20,000 nucleotides of DNA from an uncultured virus (IMG/VR IMGVR_UViG_3300022555_000014). Its lineage: Duplodnaviria > Heunggongvirae > Uroviricota > Caudoviricetes. Numbering within the stretch: the stretch's first letter is position 1; each line of letters begins with the position of its first letter. The notes below the pieces were generated by a model. It searched no databases and had not been told where the DNA came from. It worked only from the letters and a program-made list of their open reading frames with translations. This document shows, in pieces, positions 14,758 to 20,000 of the stretch. The DNA lies in IMG/VR virus record IMGVR_UViG_3300022555_000014; one strand, 5' to 3'. The position numbers and the translations under genes are program-made.

Positions 14758-15408
14758 ATGAAAACCTACTTTGCTAGTCATCAAGACTTTATCTGGGGTG
14801 TGGGTTCCTCTAATGAAGAAGCGTTAGCTGACGCTAAAGAACTTTGGGACCAACACTATCGTGCCACCGACAAACTAGGAAACTATCCAGTGTTTGCAGT
14901 GTACCCTCCTCCGAAAGCGGCAGCAAAGGCTCCTCCGGCTAAGCCCGCTAAGGCTGTCAAGGAAGTCACTCCAAAGGGTCTCTCGGTTGAGGAAAAGGCT
15001 GAAAAGCTTACCAAGTTGAACATCGAGTTTAAGACTGCTAAGAAGCAGTCAGTTCAGGAAGCGAGTATCACCACTCGCTTTGCTGAATGGGAAGCGTTCG
15101 CTAAGAAGCACGAGAGCAAGTCTTTTGAACAGGTTCAAAAGTTGCTTGCCATGGCTGATAAATTCTGGTTTGCAATCTACGAGAAAGTTATTTGGGGAAC
15201 AGGAACAACCAAGAAGGGTGCTCGCGACGACGCTAAGGGGTGCTGGAAAAATCAAGACCAAGGTAAACTACCAACGTTTGAACTAGTTGAGGCTACGGAA
15301 AAGGCTTATTATCAAGTTCATAAACGGTATGGTTTTGATAGTCACACTGATTCTTTCAGAGTTGCTACGGTGGTAGTGGAAGTAACTCGTAGAGGAGAGA
15401 AACCATGA
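14758..15408 (+). CDS. Chimeric protein (216 aa): two IWGxG repeats flanking a segment copied from ORF 9607
   Basis: SD AGGAG before ATG 14758; PKGLSVEEKAEKLTKLNIEFKTAKKQSVQEA identical to 9607. Confidence 0.85.
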   Translation: MKTYFASHQDFIWGVGSSNEEALADAKELWDQHYRATDKLGNYPVFAVYPPPKAAAKAPPAKPAKAVKEVTPKGLSVEEKAEKLTKLNIEFKTAKKQSVQEASITTRFAEWEAFAKKHESKSFEQVQKLLAMADKFWFAIYEKVIWGTGTTKKGARDDAKGCWKNQDQGKLPTFELVEATEKAYYQVHKRYGFDSHTDSFRVATVVVEVTRRGEKP

Positions 15409-16184
15409 AAATAGCTTACGCCTCTGACGTTCACCTTGAACACAACCCTTTAAGCATTCAAGAATGTGACGCTGAAGTTGTTATTCTGGCGGGTGACATC
15501 GGTACCGGGTTGGAAGGGGTGTGGTGGGCAATTCGGGAGTTTGACAAATTTGACTCTGTCAAACACGTCTTCTATGTTCCAGGTAATCACGAAAGCTACG
15601 GTTTCAACTTTCTTAAACTGGTTCGCGATATGAAGTCGTGTGCTCAAGGTTCCAAGGTCAAAGTCCTCTATAATGACCTAGTAGATTACAAAGGTTTTAG
15701 GTTCCTAGGATCAACTCTGTGGACTAATTTCAAGTCGGTCGGGGACGCAACGTTTAACAAGTTGCAAATAGTAAAGTCAATCAACGACTTCGCTTACATC
15801 AAGATTGACCCTTATTGTTCAGTTGACGGTAGGAGGGGGAAAGTCGTAGAGTCTATAACTACCGACTTCATGGAGTTGGAGTACGACAAAGCAGTAGACT
15901 TCATCTTCTCTAACTTAAGTCAAGAGTTTGAAGTTACCAATGTGGTAATTACTCATTGGTCTCCTGACTCCACTCCGGCCTACTCAGGACGTTATCCAAT
16001 TAACCACGTAACGTCTTACTTCTACAATGACTTAGGAAACAAGATAGCCTACTCACCTATCAAACTCTGGATTCACGGTCACGACCATCATTCGGATGTA
16101 CGGGCTGTAGGGAGTACGATAATTACTAGTAATCAACGCGGTTATTATGACGAGCAGTTTGAACTGAAAATCTTCCACTTGTAG
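15405..16184 (+). CDS. Calcineurin-like metallophosphoesterase
   Basis: Motifs DVH, GD, GNHE, TH, GHDH in canonical order. Confidence 0.92.
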   Translation: MKIAYASDVHLEHNPLSIQECDAEVVILAGDIGTGLEGVWWAIREFDKFDSVKHVFYVPGNHESYGFNFLKLVRDMKSCAQGSKVKVLYNDLVDYKGFRFLGSTLWTNFKSVGDATFNKLQIVKSINDFAYIKIDPYCSVDGRRGKVVESITTDFMELEYDKAVDFIFSNLSQEFEVTNVVITHWSPDSTPAYSGRYPINHVTSYFYNDLGNKIAYSPIKLWIHGHDHHSDVRAVGSTIITSNQRGYYDEQFELKIFHL

Positions 16185-16198
16185 TAGGAGCTAACCTC

Positions 16199-16720
16199 AT
16201 GATCGACAAGCCGACTATCTATAGTGTGCAAAAGGCAGTAATGGACCACGTAGCACGCTTACTCCATTCAACGGTCGTAATCGTCGACATGGACTCTGAA
16301 AACCTCAAACTCTACGAAAAGTTTAAAGAGTGGGGTTTGGCGGACAAGATTGACTGGCCTTGTATAGATATTGATACTTCTTTTGTAATCCCTGAAGAAC
16401 GAGTGGAACGTCCGAGAGTTTGCGATACTGTAAATGAAACGTTTAGTAGGAAACGGGTTACTAAAATGGTTAAATCTGTAATTGCCGACGAGTTTGACTT
16501 GGAAGACGCTAGTAGCGTTAAAAAGTCTACCCGTCTAGACAATATTGAAGGTTATAGTTTTGACAGATCGCTGGTGTCTATTTTGACAAGAGTTGAAAGC
16601 TTGTTGCCTGTAACTTTCCGTCTCGGCGACGTAAGAGACCTTTTGCCAACACATGATATAACCGTAGGACATATCATCGATTTTATTATCGACAATCTAG
16701 GTATTATAGCCATAAGATAA
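16199..16720 (+). CDS. Protein with C-terminal acyl-carrier-protein-like domain
   Basis: VKSVIADEFDL...TRLDNIEG..DRSLVSILTRVES....TVGHIIDFI follows the ACP helix pattern. Confidence 0.7.
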   Translation: MIDKPTIYSVQKAVMDHVARLLHSTVVIVDMDSENLKLYEKFKEWGLADKIDWPCIDIDTSFVIPEERVERPRVCDTVNETFSRKRVTKMVKSVIADEFDLEDASSVKKSTRLDNIEGYSFDRSLVSILTRVESLLPVTFRLGDVRDLLPTHDITVGHIIDFIIDNLGIIAIR

Positions 16721-16753
16721 ACTCTCACCGGAGAAGGAGTCAGGAAATTTTTC

Positions 16754-16781
16754 TTGACTCCTTCAAAATTTCGTGTACACT
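16754..16781 (+). promoter_or_regulatory. sigma70-type promoter with -35 inside an inverted repeat
   Basis: TTGACT-16 bp-TACACT; inverted repeat GAAGGAGTCAGGAAA/TTTCTTGACTCCTTC. Confidence 0.6.
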
Positions 16782-16844
16782 GGTTGCTCAAGTGTGGTTG
16801 TGACAAAAGACCTTTAATCTAATAGACTTTAGGAGTTTGTTGCT

Positions 16845-17039
16845 ATGATTCTAAAGAAATCAGAACGAGAACGAGTTGAAGTCGCCAAAAGAATACTTAA
16901 GCCTTTTGGAATTAGTCCTAATGTAGTAATGGGAGGACATCACAAGATGCTATTTGTAGGTAGCAGGAAACTAGCAATTGCCACTTCTGCCGGTGGTCCG
17001 AAGTGGGAAGCTGATGTTAGGAGATTGGCTTGTGGCTAA
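16845..17039 (+). CDS. Small basic protein, possible HicA-like fold
   Basis: SD AGGAG; 64 aa helix-3 strands-helix pattern with GGHHK. Confidence 0.6.
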   Translation: MILKKSERERVEVAKRILKPFGISPNVVMGGHHKMLFVGSRKLAIATSAGGPKWEADVRRLACG

Positions 17040-17060
17040 TCTGGTTAGGAGGAGTTGATC

Positions 17061-17327
17061 ATGGTAGAGAACACATTCGGTGTAGGGTTTGGTGGTCCCT
17101 TTAGGCATGGCTTTCAGACAGGTATGGTTGATACACCGCCGGAGTTGGATCCTGACGAGAAGCTGAAAAAGGATTGGCTCAAGGAACACCGTAAACAGCA
17201 GAAAACCGAAGATCGTTTCCTTAGCAATAACGACAACAGACCACAGCCTAAGCTGAAAGGTTTGCTTGATCCTAGCGTTTTCAACAACGGTCTACGTGAG
17301 AGCAAGACTCGCTGTGCCAGAGTTTGA
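17061..17327 (+). CDS. Hypothetical protein
   Basis: SD AGGAGG before ATG 17061. Confidence 0.7.
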   Translation: MVENTFGVGFGGPFRHGFQTGMVDTPPELDPDEKLKKDWLKEHRKQQKTEDRFLSNNDNRPQPKLKGLLDPSVFNNGLRESKTRCARV

Positions 17328-17348
17328 GCCTATTACGTAACCACGTAG

Positions 17349-17387
17349 AAAGAACCTTTTGACTCACCGGAGTCAAAAGGTTCTTTT
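17349..17387 (+). terminator. Rho-independent terminator
   Basis: AAAGAACCTTTTGACTC/GAGTCAAAAGGTTCTTT. Confidence 0.8.
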
Positions 17388-17434
17388 CGTCCAAGTGTCT
17401 GATTTTGTTCATCTATTTTCTTTTAAAATTTATC

Positions 17435-17463
17435 TTGACTCCCTGTTTGAGTTGGGATAGACT
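17435..17463 (+). promoter_or_regulatory. sigma70-type promoter
   Basis: TTGACT-17 bp-TAGACT. Confidence 0.75.
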
Positions 17464-17502
17464 GAAGGAGTCGTAGAGATTACGATGTGCTGCTGAAAGG
17501 TT

Positions 17503-18558
17503 ATGGTTATGACTAGCAATATTTCCACCGTGTACGACCGGCAGATGTTTGACTTTGCAGGGAACCCTCTGATAGTCTTTGTTAAGAAGGATGAACCTTG
17601 GTTCAAGTTGGTTGACGTGTGTGGTTACCTTGAGCTAACAAGTACTAGTAAGGCTAAGCAACAACTGGACTCCGACGAGTATGTTACTTTAGCTCGAGGT
17701 GACAACGGGTTTAGTGAGGTAGTGAGTAAAATTAAGGGGTCAAAGGAAGGGGTGAATTCAAATCACCCCTTCCAAGCCGAAGATAAGCGTATCAATAGTA
17801 TCACTTTGATCAATGAATCTGGGTTCTACAGTCTGACGCTTCGTTGCCGCCTAGCTACCACGGTGGGTACTGTTCAACACAAGTTTCGCAAGTGGGTTAC
17901 AGGAACTGTCCTTCCCTCCATCCGTAAAAACGGTAAGTCTAGCACCTCTACCGAGTGGTGTGGTCCACCTAAGACTAAGAATAAAGTAGAGGTTGTCCCC
18001 TATAAAGAAGTCGTCAACTCTGACGATCTGGACGAGTTCGGTAAGATTCTCTACGCTAGAATGGTGGATGCCATGCCTTCTGCTATGAAGGTGTTGATTG
18101 AAGAGTCTGTAGGTCCTGAGTTTAGGATTGCGCTTGCTGAGAAGTTAGCTGAGCAAAACAAGCCGGTTAAAAACGTGCTTAATGACATTGGTTCTAGATT
18201 AGCAGAGTTGGAAACTAACTACTCTAACTTAAAGTCAAAGACTAATGTAACGTTCAAGCGTAGCCGGAACTTGGAAAAATCCTACGAACTTCAGAAATCT
18301 ATCCTCGAGGAGTTGAATAATGACACCAAAGTCATTAGCGACATGTTGGATGAACACGAGGAAAAGAATGTTTCAGTTGATTCTACTATCATAACTTTGC
18401 AGAAAACAGTTATGGAGTTGAAGAAAGCCGTCAAGAAGCTGACTAATGATAATAACCTTCGTGCTTCCAAGGACGCTATGTTCAACAAACTGTACGACAA
18501 GTTGACCAAACTCGGTGAGTTGAACGACAAGCCGGTCAGCAAGAAGTACAAAAACTAA
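17503..18558 (+). CDS. Bro-N domain (antirepressor-like) protein with long C-terminal coiled coil
   Basis: FDF.G..L......EPWF...DVCGYL, LINESGFYSL and KFRKWVTGTVLPSIRKNG Bro-N motifs. Confidence 0.9.
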   Translation: MVMTSNISTVYDRQMFDFAGNPLIVFVKKDEPWFKLVDVCGYLELTSTSKAKQQLDSDEYVTLARGDNGFSEVVSKIKGSKEGVNSNHPFQAEDKRINSITLINESGFYSLTLRCRLATTVGTVQHKFRKWVTGTVLPSIRKNGKSSTSTEWCGPPKTKNKVEVVPYKEVVNSDDLDEFGKILYARMVDAMPSAMKVLIEESVGPEFRIALAEKLAEQNKPVKNVLNDIGSRLAELETNYSNLKSKTNVTFKRSRNLEKSYELQKSILEELNNDTKVISDMLDEHEEKNVSVDSTIITLQKTVMELKKAVKKLTNDNNLRASKDAMFNKLYDKLTKLGELNDKPVSKKYKN

Positions 18559-18565
18559 TAGCTTA

Positions 18566-18608
18566 AAAAGACGGTGTGTCAGAGTTTTAGCTTAACACGC
18601 CGTCTTTT
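18566..18608 (+). terminator. Terminator-like hairpin
   Basis: AAAAGACGGTGTGT/ACACGCCGTCTTTT. Confidence 0.65.
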
Positions 18609-18625
18609 CAGCAAGGAGTTTGACC

Positions 18626-18910
18626 ATGGCAAAAAGCTTTATATATCACTCGAAACTTCCGTTCACGGTCGGACCAGAAGGTGGTGAAGACACGGTGGAG
18701 TTCGAATCGCTAATTCTTATAAAGTACGACTTAAACAGCGAGCACACGATTACTGATCACAAGGTTTCCAAGATTCGTCAAGTTGGTTGTTCTGACGAGT
18801 GGAGGAAACCGACTTATCTAGACGCTACAGTTACTAACGCGGTTGACAGTTGGGTTTTGGCTAATCACGATTCTCTTGTTGCTCTAATTCGTACTAAAGA
18901 AGGAGTTTGA
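18626..18910 (+). CDS. Hypothetical protein (94 aa)
   Basis: SD AAGGAG before ATG 18626. Confidence 0.75.
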   Translation: MAKSFIYHSKLPFTVGPEGGEDTVEFESLILIKYDLNSEHTITDHKVSKIRQVGCSDEWRKPTYLDATVTNAVDSWVLANHDSLVALIRTKEGV

Positions 18911-18912
18911 AC

Positions 18913-19080
18913 ATGCTAAAGACCATGATAGACTGGATCAACCCTCAAAATCTGAGACGTTACGGTGACAAGGTTAGAGTCGTTCAGGTGAATAAGCGAT
19001 CACAAGGTCGGTTTGTTACTTTTGCTGACGGGTCCGGTGAGGTATTGAATACGTTCACTCAGTTTGTAGAATCTAGTTGA
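18913..19080 (+). CDS. Small hypothetical protein (55 aa)
   Basis: SD AAGGAG; MLKTMIDWINPQNLRRYGDKVRVV... Confidence 0.65.
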   Translation: MLKTMIDWINPQNLRRYGDKVRVVQVNKRSQGRFVTFADGSGEVLNTFTQFVESS

Positions 19081-19186
19081 ACGTTAAAGAAGAATCTTTC
19101 TTAGAATCTTTTTATGATTCACCTCGAGTCAGAACCCTAATTTTGTTTGTAAGAGTTTATAGACCCCTTTTAAGTTGGAATCTAAC

Positions 19187-20000
19187 ATGAAGTTTAAACA
19201 TGTTTCCCGTCAACAGGTAGACTTCAAACACCAACTCTACGGTTACTGTGACAACTTCAGTTATCTAACCGATAGACTCCGTGACAAAGGGTATTACCTT
19301 CTACGTCAGAACTTCTTCTACCACCAAGAAAACTGGGATAAACCCGGTTACCGTAAGCTAATTGACTGGGACCTTAAGACTCTCAATAAGGAGTTGATTC
19401 CCTGCCCAGAGTACCAAGCTCTACCCGCTAAAGTGGCTGGAACTGCTCTTAAGTACGTCTTAAAAGACTGGAAAGGGTTCCTGAGAGGACTCTTTGAGTA
19501 CTACAAATGGCTTAAGAGTCCCTCAGAAAAGGAGAAGTACCCCAATAAGTTCAAGGCTAGACCAAACCCTCCTAACTACAACGGTTCTATAGAACTCCAA
19601 CGTACAGACGGTAGGAACGTAGTCCACCTAAACTACCAGACCATGTCTGGTGGTAGTACTAAGAAGGACCCAGAAACTGGTAAATGGATTACCCTTTACG
19701 GTAGGGAACGATCCCTTTCAATAGCTCCGTTGGGAATCATTACCGTTTGTTCTACCGAATCTGAGTTTAAGCAGTCTTTCCACTTCAACCTACACCTCCA
19801 ACCTCAGCTAGACCTTAAGACTAAACAACCGATTCTAGACCCTACTACCAAGGAGATAGTCTACCGTCAGATAGAGATTGAAGAGGTTAGAATCGTCCCT
19901 CGTACTGGTGGTTACGTAGTAGAAGTCTGTTACGAAGAAGAGGTTCCTGACCTAGACTTATCAACCTTAATCCCTAAAGCTAAGCACAAGTACGCTGCTC
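19187..20000 (+). CDS. tnpB: TnpB-family RNA-guided endonuclease (IS200/IS605 OrfB), N-terminal part; runs off the window
   Basis: Open frame missing from the ORF track: RQNFFY...EYQALPAKVA...KDWKGF...KFKARPNPPNY...GRNVV...EVRIVPRTGGYVVEVCYE...KYAA, ending just before the expected RuvC-I Asp. Confidence 0.88.
   Translation, partial: MKFKHVSRQQVDFKHQLYGYCDNFSYLTDRLRDKGYYLLRQNFFYHQENWDKPGYRKLIDWDLKTLNKELIPCPEYQALPAKVAGTALKYVLKDWKGFLRGLFEYYKWLKSPSEKEKYPNKFKARPNPPNYNGSIELQRTDGRNVVHLNYQTMSGGSTKKDPETGKWITLYGRERSLSIAPLGIITVCSTESEFKQSFHFNLHLQPQLDLKTKQPILDPTTKEIVYRQIEIEEVRIVPRTGGYVVEVCYEEEVPDLDLSTLIPKAKHKYAA

Noticed and set aside
1..20000. tRNA or rRNA genes
   Set aside because: No cloverleaf with T-loop/D-loop consensus or rRNA-like sequence recognised in the intergenic regions

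Overview
Accessory/early-gene region of a large dsDNA bacteriophage; the host is inferred to be alphaproteobacterial from protein families, a parS site and GANTC clustering. Essentially all credible genes are on the + strand and are short hypotheticals in small units, each with a near-consensus sigma70 promoter and a hairpin. Positions ~710-5660 form an array in which six copies of a ~120-165 bp structured repeat separate genes. Each copy has a bidirectional terminator, an inverted-repeat-bounded core and a GANTC cluster. Three copies are followed by a shared promoter-leader block fused exactly to ATGGCTGCT, which looks like a recombination-shuffled expression-cassette system. Other elements: a chromosomal-type parS site (4293-4308), an orphan IS200/IS605 omegaRNA-like element (~14568-14729), a TnpB gene running off the right edge behind six clustered GANTC sites, an HTH-less antitoxin-like peptide, paralogous small-domain families, and DUF262, metallophosphoesterase, ACP-like and Bro-N genes. 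All family calls are by-eye motif recognition, not database searches.
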